A stretch of DNA of 54,349 nucleotides from Treponema sp. (GTDB taxonomy: Bacteria; Spirochaetota; Spirochaetia; Treponematales; Breznakiellaceae), in assembly GCA_031274035.1 (NCBI GenBank), contig JAISQR010000388.1, positions 1 to 54,349 on the forward strand. The letters run 5' to 3'. Under the pieces are notes generated by a model. It was not told the DNA's origin, searched no databases, and worked only from the letters and a program-made list of their open reading frames with translations. Position 1 is the first letter of the stretch; every line of letters begins with the position of its first letter. A program made the position numbers and the translations under genes. Of the stretch, positions 17,208 to 26,900 are shown one piece after another.

Positions 17208-17372
17208 CTCATCTATAATAACTTTACTGTTATTATTGCAGCTATTATTACACAATTTTTTAATAAAGGCAAATTTTTTATAAGCGGCTTCCCCTCGAAC
17301 CAAAGGTTCATCCCAACCGGCTTTTGGGAACGGATCAGTATTCTTACAAATACCGTAAAGTTACCAACCCTC

Positions 17373-18197
17373 CTATGCGCTTGTTTTCTTGAAATCCCAA
17401 GGCTCATATATCTTGGGTACATCCCCCAACAGCCGTTTGGTATATTCCGACTTGGGGTGCAGGATCGCCTCATCGGCTGTTCCCCGTTCAACGATTATCC
17501 CCTGTTCCATTATATACACCGTGTCGGATATATAATACGCCAAGCCCATATCATGGGTTATAAAGACTATCGTCATATCTATCTCTTCACGGAGTTTAAG
17601 CAGCATATCCAGAATCGTCGCCCGCGAACACGCGTCTATCATTGATGTCGGCTCGTCGGCTATAAGCAGCTTAGGGTGGAGCATGAAGATCCGCGCTATC
17701 ATCAAACGCTGCATCTGCCCCCCCGACAGTTCAAAGGGGTACTTATTGGACAATTCCTCAAATTTCAGATTGACAAATTTGCAGGCGTCCTTCATCTTTT
17801 CAAACTTTTCCGCCCTGCTTAATTTTCCCCCGCCCTGCAATCGTATGCAGTCGAGCAGTACCGCGTCTACCTTGTTAAATATATTATACGTGGAAAAAGG
17901 ATCCTGGAAAATCGCCTGGATATTCTGCCAGTACTGCTTCCGTTTGGCGTGGCTGGATATATCCCGCGTCTTCCCTTCAAAATATATCTCCCCCCGCGTC
18001 GGGTTTAACAGCCCCAGCACCATCTTTGCCAGCGTGGTTTTCCCGCTCCCGCTTTCCCCCACTATCGAGATTATCTCCCCCCTGCGGAATTCAAAATCAA
18101 CATTGTTTACGGCTATGGTTTTATGTTCGCCAAACCCAAACTCGCGCGTCAGCCCCTTGGCGCTTAAAAAAACTTCACCAGTATTCTTCCTGACCAT
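17373..18197 (-). CDS. ABC transporter ATP-binding protein, OppF/DppF type
   Basis: Walker [10 protein letters not shown], signature LSGGQMQR, Walker [21 protein letters not shown] lies 8 nt upstream of the ATG. Confidence 0.85.
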   Translation of the reverse strand: MVRKNTGEVFLSAKGLTREFGFGEHKTIAVNNVDFEFRRGEIISIVGESGSGKTTLAKMVLGLLNPTRGEIYFEGKTRDISSHAKRKQYWQNIQAIFQDPFSTYNIFNKVDAVLLDCIRLQGGGKLSRAEKFEKMKDACKFVNLKFEELSNKYPFELSGGQMQRLMIARIFMLHPKLLIADEPTSMIDACSRATILDMLLKLREEIDMTIVFITHDMGLAYYISDTVYIMEQGIIVERGTADEAILHPKSEYTKRLLGDVPKIYEPWDFKKTSA

Positions 18198-18373
18198 TAG
18201 TAGACTCCTCTACTTGAGTTTCTGTTACTATTCAGTTCGGAAAAACCTCTTAGTTCTCTGATTATCACATTACTTTATTTGTTTGTCAATTTATTTTTTT
18301 GCAAAAATTCAGAAAATTTACACAAAAAAAACGACAATTAGACGGATATAGTTAAGTGAATAGTTGTGTTTTT

Positions 18374-18607
18374 CAGCAATTTTACTTTAAAAAAATTCAA
18401 CCGCTAAAGGCATGAAAAGATACGAAAAAGGAAAGTACACTACTTCCAAGTACCGCGAAAATACCCAAATTTGAAGAATAACCGCTGACCGCACAGACTT
18501 CACGGACGAAAGCGGGAAGTTCGAACAAAAAGTCAGTGTTTTCCGTGAGATCTGCGGTTAAAATTCTTAAATTTTGGTAATTTCTCAGAACTTGAAAGTA
18601 AGTGCTG
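18374..18607 (+). repeat. Family B element, copy B1 (about 230 nt, degenerate right end)
   Basis: The first ~107 nt align with 31632-31738 (CAGCAATTTTACTTT..TTCAACCGC..GAAAAAGGAAAGTA..CTTCCAAGTACCGCGAAAATACCCAAATTTGAAGAA). The right end GAAAGTAAGTGCTG resembles the inverted left end. Confidence 0.75.
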
Positions 18608-18640
18608 TTGCCCTGCCGCGGTGTGTTTTTTTATTGTAAT

Positions 18641-20377
18641 ATGCGGTATAAATTTAGTATGGTATTATTTAATTTGCTCAAACCCGGTAGAACCCTTGCT
18701 ATTATAGCTTTTGCCCTATACCTCGTATCCTGCGGTTTGTTCAACGAACCTTCGCAGTATGAATACAGTTACAGTTCTGAAGCTAATAGATACAAAATTG
18801 ATTTCGGCAATAATTCTGAAAAAACCATTACCCTGGAAAATTTATCCGGCAGGAGCGTTTTCCTGGTAACCGTGAATACATCCGGGGTTCCAGCCCTAGC
18901 GGGTAACATCGGTTCCTCTTATTCCATAAATACCGCCCGGAGTATAGAGGGCGATACCGGATCGGCCGAAATTACCAGCCCTGTCCGGCCAATTTCTGTA
19001 GAGGGGGACGGTCTTGTTTCCGGCGCTTTTACCGGGCCGGACGGTACTATCACCCGCCTTGAGCATCCGGGGGCCAGGGAATTCAGCCGTAATCCGCCTG
19101 CCCTGCCTGTTGCAGACAGGAGTGTCCGCGGCGCGGCCCGTAGTTCCCAGGGACAGGCGTTCAGCTATGCCGTAGGCGCGTCCAGACAATTTTGGGTAGA
19201 AGATAAAGCGGCCGTATGGAAGCAGATTGAGGCCAAATTACGGGCAAGTTCAACACATGCCAATGTCTGGATACCGGACGAAAATTATAACGCCAATGGT
19301 GATGGTAAAAACACGCTTTCCTATTCCCAGGCCCAGGCCGTTGCCGTTAAATTTGACGCTATTTATCAATACGATACGGCAATCTTCGGTTATGAATACG
19401 GCGGAAATCTGTCCGTAGATGACCCCAATTACGGCGGTATTGACGGCGACCCTAAAATACAGATATTGGTCTATGATATAGACGGCGATTATACGAGCGG
19501 TCAGACCAGCGGGATTTTCGGCTACTTCTGGGGTAAGGATTTATATAAAGACGGTACTTCGCTTCCTTCCCGCTCAAATGAAGCTGAGATATTTTACATC
19601 GATTCTTATTTTACGGAATCGTATCCCGACGCAATTTACTCAACCCTGGCGCATGAGTTTCAGCACATGATCAATTTTAATGTTAAACGTATAGAAAAAG
19701 GTCTGAGCAGCGGTACCTGGTATGACGAAATGCTTTCCATGCTGGCGGAAGACATGATAGTTCCGCTTATCGGTATAGGCCCGGACAGCCCGGACCATCC
19801 AATAAAGAATAGAATCCCCCTCTTCTTAAGCGCCTATTGGTATGCAGGCCCAGCCGAATGGTCAAGCGGCGATAATGTTTTAATCTCCTATTCCAATACC
19901 TATGCTTTTGGGGCTTATCTGGCCCGCAATTACGGCGGGGCCGGGTTGATACGGGAAATCGCGCGGAATAACGCGGTTAACAAGGATTCGGTAGACGCGG
20001 CGCTTAAAATATACGGCTCAAGCTGGGATAATGCCGTTAGTAGATACGGCGAGGCCTTTATATTTTCGGGAACCAGCAAACCTTCAGGCTGCGTTTCCTT
20101 TGACAACACGGTAAGCAGTACGATAAACGGAACCGCGTATACCTTTGCCGCCTTTGATATATGGAAGATGCTTAACAGGGACAAAGAAGTTTTTGGTAGT
20201 AATTATTCCAACAGTCTGGGGCCTGCCGTGTTCGAGGGGAATACCCAGTATGCTATGCGGCCGTACTCGGTACTGGTTCGATCCTATACGCATTGGCGGA
20301 AGGTAAATGGGAACATTACTATTACCGTGCGGAAGCCGGTTGATACTAATATAGAGCTTTATGTAATGACAAGGTGA
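18641..20377 (+). CDS. HExxH zinc-metallopeptidase-like lipoprotein
   Basis: Lipobox AFALYLVSCG and motif TLAHEFQHMINF. It may be M30/hyicolysin-like, but that assignment is from memory only. The GTG 18602 start in the track lies inside repeat B1, so ATG 18641 is preferred. Confidence 0.6.
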   Translation: MRYKFSMVLFNLLKPGRTLAIIAFALYLVSCGLFNEPSQYEYSYSSEANRYKIDFGNNSEKTITLENLSGRSVFLVTVNTSGVPALAGNIGSSYSINTARSIEGDTGSAEITSPVRPISVEGDGLVSGAFTGPDGTITRLEHPGAREFSRNPPALPVADRSVRGAARSSQGQAFSYAVGASRQFWVEDKAAVWKQIEAKLRASSTHANVWIPDENYNANGDGKNTLSYSQAQAVAVKFDAIYQYDTAIFGYEYGGNLSVDDPNYGGIDGDPKIQILVYDIDGDYTSGQTSGIFGYFWGKDLYKDGTSLPSRSNEAEIFYIDSYFTESYPDAIYSTLAHEFQHMINFNVKRIEKGLSSGTWYDEMLSMLAEDMIVPLIGIGPDSPDHPIKNRIPLFLSAYWYAGPAEWSSGDNVLISYSNTYAFGAYLARNYGGAGLIREIARNNAVNKDSVDAALKIYGSSWDNAVSRYGEAFIFSGTSKPSGCVSFDNTVSSTINGTAYTFAAFDIWKMLNRDKEVFGSNYSNSLGPAVFEGNTQYAMRPYSVLVRSYTHWRKVNGNITITVRKPVDTNIELYVMTR

Positions 20378-20550
20378 TTAACAGAGTGAAGCGCAATTAT
20401 TATATGGAAACGGCCTCACTTTACGTCCTGAATAGAGGATTGCGCCCCTTGTCTTGTACTCCCCCTCAGTGTTACAGTATTCATCTATCTATTATCTATG
20501 CAAACAAGCAAAGGGACAAAAAAGATGCCGCGGAAACGGCTTAGACGGGG

Positions 20551-23500
20551 TTGGTGTTGTTTTTAAAAAGTCTTGACATATTCGGTTTCAAATCTTTCGC
20601 GGATCATACGCAGGTGGTATTTGCGGACGGGATCACCGCTCTTTTGGGGCCTAACGGCTGCGGCAAGTCTAATGTAGTAGACGCGGTAAAGTGGGTGCTG
20701 GGGGAACAGGCAAGCAGAGCCATGCGCGCCGAGAAGATGGAAGATGTCATCTTCAATGGAACGGAGAACCGGAAGCCCCTCAATGTGGCGGAGGTAACGC
20801 TGACCCTTGCCAACGAAAAGGGGCTTCTGCCTATAGACATGCCGGAAATAGAGATCAAGCGCCGTCTCTACCGTTCAGGGGAAAGCGAGTATTTTATCAA
20901 TTCCCAGGCGGTGCGCCTTAAAGAGATACGGGAGCTTTTCTGGGATACCGGCGTCGGCAAGGCGGCCTATTCGGTGATGGAACAGGGCAAGATTGACCAG
21001 ATTCTGTCGTCCAAGCCGGATGAAAGGCGCTATCTCTTTGAGGAAGCCGCGGGGATCACCCGTTACAAGGTAAAAAGCGCGGAAGCGGAACGGAATCTTG
21101 CCAAAACCGAAGAAAACATGCGCCAGGTTGAGGGTGTAGTGGGAGAGGTGAAACATTCCTACGACAGCCTTAAAGTACAGGCCGAAAAAACGCTCAAATT
21201 CCGTTCCCTGCGCGAAGAGGTATTCCAGTTCGAGCTTGATATTCAGCTTTTGCGCCTAAAACAGTTCAGATACGAACGGGACGAGCGTATCGAAACCCTG
21301 AAAAAGCAGACCGCTGTCAGGGATCGCATACAGGCCGAGGCTGACGCGCTGAGAAAATCTTTGGAAGAGAACATGGATGTAGTCAATTCCATGGAAGAAA
21401 AACTGGTTGAATATCAGAAGAGCATCTACGGCCTTGCGGTAGAGAAAAACGCCAGGGAAAAGGAATTGAGGCTGCTTTCCGAACAGCGGTCGGAAATCAA
21501 GGCAAAGATAGCCCAGAATGAAGGCAGGGAACGCGCGGCGCTCATCAAGATAGAAGAACTTACCGGCGACGCGGACGAACAGGATTCCCTTGTGCATGAC
21601 CTCCGCAAAAAAGTTGAAGATATTGCGGATAATATCGCGTCGTTTGAAGAGAATATACAGCTTGCGTCCGGAAGAATAGGCGAGAATGAACAAACCGTTA
21701 AGCGCATCGAAACCGAGATTAAGCGCTTGCAGGCGGAGCAGGCGCGATGCGAGAAGGACCTGGAGGCTATAACCGACGACATTGTAGCCGCCCTGGATAA
21801 GGGTTTAAAAGAGGCGGGCTATTCCATCGCGGAACGGCGGAATACCGAAGCGGCCCTTTCCGAGACCCTGGGCCTTTTAAAAACCGCGCTTGAAGGCCGC
21901 GGAAAACTTATTCAGGATATAGCCGCCTTTGCGGCCTGGGCCGCGGACGGGCAAAAGCCCGGACAGGAAGCGGCCCCTCCAGGCATTTTATCATCACCGG
22001 AGGAACTTAGGCGTATTGCCGGTACTCTGGCGGACGCCCTTTCCGACGCGGCGTTAAAGGCGGAAAAGGCGCTGTCCCTTTTTGAAAGCTACAGGAAAAG
22101 TACGCCTTCGTTTATAGATGAATTCCTTGCGCCCGAGGGGATCATCACCAAAAAGCGCGGCTACGACGCGAAGATACGCTCCGCCAAGGACGGCGTGGAC
22201 CAGGCCCGCGAGCGGATAAGCGGATTGCGGCTGGATAACGAGAACCTTGGGCAGAAGATAGACGAGTACCGTTCTACCCTGGAGGGACTCCGTGTAAACA
22301 GGGTGCGTATGGCTACGCAGGCCCAATCCGCCGAGGACCAGGCCCGGCTTATACGCCGCGAGCTTGCCGGTCAGGAGGGCCTTCGCAAGACCATTCAGGA
22401 CGAACTTTTTCTGGACAGAAAACGCTTTGAAGAGATAAACGAGCGGATCAGCGATACCGAATCGGAGCTTGCCGGCATTGAGCAGAAGGGGCGGGATCTG
22501 ACGGTGGAGCTTGAAAAGCTGGAACGGGATATAGAAACCAGAAACGGCGCTGTTGCCGGCAAGCAGGACGCCATCAAGAAACAGACGGCCGATTTTGCCA
22601 GGGTGCAGGAAAGCCTTGAGAAAATCCACCTGGAATTGGTTCAATCTGAAACCGAGATTAAAAATATCCAGGATAACTTCCGCGAAACCCATTCGCGGGA
22701 TCTTATGGAATTTGAGGAACGCATTTACACGATAACCGTCCCTACCTCCGAACTGCGGGAAAAACTTGCGGCGGCGCGCGCAGCACAGAAGGAATTAGGC
22801 TCGGTCAATCTTATGGCGCCGGAGGAATTTGCCGAAAAAAAGGAACGGTACGAGTTCCTTACCAATCAGCTTGCGGATCTTGAAAAGGCCAGGAAGGATC
22901 TGGAAGATCTAACCTGCGAGATACGGGCGGAATCTTCGGAAATGTTCCTGACAACCTATAATAAAATAAAAAAGAATTTTCACAATATGTTCCGCAGGCT
23001 CTTCGGCGGCGGCAAGGCGCAACTGCGGCTTGTGGATGAATACCATGTACTTGAATCCGGCATAGAGATATACGCCCAGCCGCCGGGGAAGAAACTTGAG
23101 AACATCAACCTCCTCTCAGGCGGCGAGCGGTCTATGACCGCTGTCGCCCTGCTCTTCGCTACCTACATGGTCAAGCCGAGCCCTTTCTGCCTGCTGGACG
23201 AAATTGACGCGGCCCTGGACGAGCAGAACGTCAACCGCTTTGTCCAGGTTCTGCGCGAATTTGGCAATACGAGCCAATTCATTGTGATAACCCACAATAA
23301 AAAAACTGTTATCGGCGCCAGTACCCTGTTAGGGATAACAATGGAAGAATCCGGCGTTACCAAGGCCATAGCTATCCGCCTGGAAAATGAGGAGCCGGCC
23401 AGAGCGGCCGCGGCCGCGGCCCGAACAGAGCAGTATGAAGAAGAAGAGGTAGAAATTGAAGAAGGCAGGGAACTGCCGCCGGGCGTAAACGATCCCGCCC

Positions 23501-23946
23501 AGGTAAGCGAGGCGGATCTGCACCCCATACGGGCCGCGCGGGAACAGGCCGCTTCCGCGGCGGTGCGGGACGAACCGGAAGGCGGGGAAGAAAACAATAC
23601 AGACCAGTATGAAGAAGAGGTAGAAATTGAAGAAGGCGGGGAACCGCCGCCGGGCGTAAACGATCCCGCCCAGGCAAGCGGGGCGGATCCGCGCCCCATA
23701 CGGGCCGCGCGGGAACAGGCCGCTTCCGTAACGGTGCGGGACGAACCGGAAGGCGGGGAAGAAAACAATACCGAGCGGTATGAAGAAGAGGCAGAAATTG
23801 AAGAAGGCGGGGAACCGCCGCCGGACGTAAACGATCCCGCCCAGGCAAGCGGGGCGGATCCGCGCCCCATACAGGCCGCGCGGGAACAGGCCGCTTCCGC
23901 GGCGGTGCGGGACGAACCGGAAGGCGGGGAAGAAAACAATGAGTAG
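20551..23946 (+). CDS. smc: Chromosome segregation protein SMC with an acidic tandem-repeat C-terminal tail
   Basis: N-terminus LKSLDIFGFKSFA..GPNGCGKSN, long coiled coils, a hinge region, C-terminal head LSGGERSMTAVALLFA..CLLDEIDAALD. TTG/GTG start cluster at 20551-20559. Confidence 0.9.
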   Translation: MVLFLKSLDIFGFKSFADHTQVVFADGITALLGPNGCGKSNVVDAVKWVLGEQASRAMRAEKMEDVIFNGTENRKPLNVAEVTLTLANEKGLLPIDMPEIEIKRRLYRSGESEYFINSQAVRLKEIRELFWDTGVGKAAYSVMEQGKIDQILSSKPDERRYLFEEAAGITRYKVKSAEAERNLAKTEENMRQVEGVVGEVKHSYDSLKVQAEKTLKFRSLREEVFQFELDIQLLRLKQFRYERDERIETLKKQTAVRDRIQAEADALRKSLEENMDVVNSMEEKLVEYQKSIYGLAVEKNAREKELRLLSEQRSEIKAKIAQNEGRERAALIKIEELTGDADEQDSLVHDLRKKVEDIADNIASFEENIQLASGRIGENEQTVKRIETEIKRLQAEQARCEKDLEAITDDIVAALDKGLKEAGYSIAERRNTEAALSETLGLLKTALEGRGKLIQDIAAFAAWAADGQKPGQEAAPPGILSSPEELRRIAGTLADALSDAALKAEKALSLFESYRKSTPSFIDEFLAPEGIITKKRGYDAKIRSAKDGVDQARERISGLRLDNENLGQKIDEYRSTLEGLRVNRVRMATQAQSAEDQARLIRRELAGQEGLRKTIQDELFLDRKRFEEINERISDTESELAGIEQKGRDLTVELEKLERDIETRNGAVAGKQDAIKKQTADFARVQESLEKIHLELVQSETEIKNIQDNFRETHSRDLMEFEERIYTITVPTSELREKLAAARAAQKELGSVNLMAPEEFAEKKERYEFLTNQLADLEKARKDLEDLTCEIRAESSEMFLTTYNKIKKNFHNMFRRLFGGGKAQLRLVDEYHVLESGIEIYAQPPGKKLENINLLSGGERSMTAVALLFATYMVKPSPFCLLDEIDAALDEQNVNRFVQVLREFGNTSQFIVITHNKKTVIGASTLLGITMEESGVTKAIAIRLENEEPARAAAAAARTEQYEEEEVEIEEGRELPPGVNDPAQVSEADLHPIRAAREQAASAAVRDEPEGGEENNTDQYEEEVEIEEGGEPPPGVNDPAQASGADPRPIRAAREQAASVTVRDEPEGGEENNTERYEEEAEIEEGGEPPPDVNDPAQASGADPRPIQAAREQAASAAVRDEPEGGEENNE
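23431..23946 (+). repeat. Three tandem copies of a 171-174-nt unit forming the SMC C-terminal tail
   Basis: Units start at 23431, 23605 and 23776. They are near-identical, each encoding QYEEE(E)VEIEEGxExPPGVNDPAQxSxADxxPIxAAREQAASxxVRDEPEGGEENN. Confidence 0.9.
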
Positions 23947-23955
23947 CCGCGAATC

Positions 23956-26900
23956 ATGCGCGTGATCGCAGATATACATATACATTCTTCCTATTCGCGG
24001 GCCACCGGGAAGAATATCAGCCCTGCCGCGCTTGAACGCTGGGCCGGGATTAAGGGGATTGATCTTCTGGGCGCCGGAGACTGTACGCATCCGCGGTGGC
24101 TCAAGGAACTGCGTGAACAGCTTGACGATGCCGAAGACGGCTTCTATGCGCTTAAAGAAAAATACAGGACAGCGTTTGATAAGGGCCCTGCCTTAACTCA
24201 AGGTTTGCCGCGGCCCCTCTATACCAGCCTATTGCCCCGCTTTGTACTGACCGGTGAGATCAGTACTATCTACAAGCAGGGAAACAGAACCCGGAAGGTG
24301 CATCACCTGGTGATCCTGCCTAATTTTGAAGCCGCCGCTAACTTCCAGGTTCTGCTTGAACGGATAGGAAATATCCGATCCGACGGACGGCCTATTTTGG
24401 GGATTAATTCGGAGGAACTGCTGCGTTTGCTGCTAAAAGCCGATGAACGCAGCCTGCTTATTCCGGCGCATATCTGGACGCCCTGGTTTTCCGCACTGGG
24501 CGGCAACTCGGGCTTCGATTCCATCGAAGAATGTTACGGCGATCTTGCCCCCTATATTCCGGCTGTAGAGACCGGCCTTTCCTCTAATCCGCCTATGAAC
24601 TGGGCCCTTTCCTCCCTTGACAGATTCTCAATCGTTTCCAATTCTGACGCGCATTCGCCGGAAAAACTTGGCAGGGAAGCCTCGGTGTTTGAGATGGATA
24701 TGTCCTATTCCTCGCTGAACCGTGCTTTACGGAGGCATAGACTGGAATGGGAAGCGCGGAACGGCGCGCCCGGTACGGCGGAAAAGGCCGGTGAAGGCGT
24801 GGCCGCTACCATAGAATTTTTCCCCCAGGAGGGGAAGTATCACTACGAAGGCCACCGGAAATGCGGCTTCTATGCCGGCCCTGGGGATCGTGCAGCCGGA
24901 GGTATGTGTCCGGTCTGTGGAAAGGCCCTAACGCCAGGCGTTATGGGCAGGGTGCTTGAACTTGCGGATAGGCCGGTAAACGAAGCTGCGGTGTGTCCGC
25001 CCGAACCCGGCGCCTCTAATAAGCGTCCGTATATTTCCCTTATCCCCCTAAAAGAACTGCTGGGAGAACTGTTGGAAACAGGTCCTTCGTCAAAAAAGGT
25101 AAGCGCCGCTTATGCTTATTTAATAGAAAAGGCCGGTAATGAACTTTCCCTGCTTATGGACATGGAGACCGGGCATATCGAAAAGCTCAAATGTCCGGGG
25201 CTTTCAGGGGAGCTTCTGGCCGCGTCTGTAGACAGAATGCGCCGGGCTGAAATTTTTATTAGTCCCGGCTACGACGGCGAATATGGTGTTATCAGAACCT
25301 TTTCGCCGGGGGCTTTAAAGACAGGCGCTGGCACGGCAGGGCTTTTTGATGACGAGCCGCCCCCGGCAGCCGCGTCTCCGGCGGGCATACCGCCTGCCGG
25401 CAACACAGCGGAGCGGACGCGGTCTGCATATACGCCGCGGCAAGGGGCCGGAAACGCGGGGCCGCACGGAAGGCAGAACACCGCCGCGCGGCCGCCGGTA
25501 GAGGAAAAGGCGCTTCCGGCCTTTACCCCCAACGCGGACCAGGAGCAGGCCGTATCGTTTAGCGGAAGCCACGGGCTCATCATAGCCGGACCGGGAACCG
25601 GCAAAACCGCGGTACTTACCGCAAGAATTGTCCGCATGATGCGGCGCGGGATAAGGCCGGAAACGATACTGGCTATAACTTTTACTATCAAGGCGGCGGC
25701 GGAAATGCGGGAACGTATAGCCAGGCTTACCGGCCCTGACAGCGGCATCACCGCGGCTACCTTTCATTCATTCTGCCTAAGCCTGCTCCGTGAACAGCAA
25801 ATAGGGGCGGACACGCTGGAAGATTTTAATATTATAAGCGAATCTGAACGGAAGACCATCCTTGAAGCTGTGTGTAAGGCAAAAACAGAAAAAGGCAGGA
25901 TAGGCCCGGAAGGTCTGGGGAAGTATATCGAAGAACGGAAACGCTTCCTGCTTTTGCCGGGAGAAACCTTTCCCCTGCCTGGTAATAAGGCGGAGATTTT
26001 AAGCGGCGGCCTTGAGGAACAGGCTATACCTCATGCCGATCCTCTTATGGAAAATCTGTATAAACATTACAGAGAGGAACTCCGCTCCCGCGCCTTACTG
26101 GATTACGATGACCTTATTGCCGGGGCGGTTAGACTTTTAGCCTTTAACCCGGATATCCTTGCCCAGTACCGCAGCCGTTTCAACCATATCCTTGTTGATG
26201 AATACCAGGACATCAACTTTGCCCAGTACGGCCTGATAAGGCTCCTTGCGCCGGGCGGGGAAGATTCGGTTCCGGCGGATGCGGGACGTTCGTTTACGGT
26301 TATAGGCGATCCGAACCAGGCTATCTACGGATTCCGGGGTTCCGACAAACGTTTCATAGATCGCTTTATTCAGGATTATCCGGGCGCCGGTATGTTCCGC
26401 CTTTCAAAAAGTTTCCGCTGCGCAGCGCCTATTACAAGGGCGGCAGGACAACTTGTGCAGGTTAAAATTGAAGGGAATACAAACGAGGTAAAACTCTGCC
26501 GCTTTGAGTACCCTACGGAGAAGTCCGAAGCTGAGGGTATTGCCCGGCGTATAGCCGCGCTCACAGGCGGTACGAGCTTCTTCGCCCACGACAGCGGTGT
26601 TACGGATGGTGAAAGCGGGGCCGCGCTTGAGGATTGCGCCGTACTGCTTCGTACCGGCGTCCTTGCGGGCCCCATCATCAAGGCCGTGAAGGATCACGGG
26701 CTTCCCTTTACTCTGACCGGGGATCAGCCCTGGTGGGAAGATGAGCCTGCGGGAACCATCCTCGCGTTTCTGCGGGAAAATCAGGATGTAAAAAACAAGC
26801 CCTCCCCGGCGGAGGGCAGGGTTCAGGCGGCGGATGCAATTAAGGCTGCCTGGGAGGTTTTTGTTGCACAGGGTGCTATAAAGTATCAGGCGGGAAAGCC

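Noticed and set aside
17066-17212. 49-codon N-terminal extension of the binding-protein ORF (MRRFQNVKFWNR..)
   Set aside because: It is the translation of the family-D hairpins. A downstream ATG with GGAGGA and a proper signal peptide is a far better start.
20268-20290. GGTTCGATCC, a tRNA T-loop-like string
   Set aside because: It lies inside the HExxH lipoprotein ORF. The flanking bases cannot form a T-stem or an acceptor stem.
20551-23946. SMC as part of a Wadjet/Lamassu-type defence module
   Set aside because: The full-length canonical SMC architecture and the housekeeping neighbourhood argue for the chromosomal condensin. No JetA/B/D-like or LmuA-like partners are adjacent.
23431-23946. 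Tandem and interspersed repeats as possible CRISPR arrays
   Set aside because: The tandem units are 171-174 nt and 33 nt, contiguous and in-frame within genes. The interspersed families are kilobases apart. There is no repeat-spacer periodicity and no cas genes.
23163-24090. Minus-strand ORFs of 158-264 aa across the SMC tail repeats
   Set aside because: Their repetitive sequence simply mirrors the tandem repeat on the SMC coding strand, and the SMC frame is continuous with the conserved head domain.
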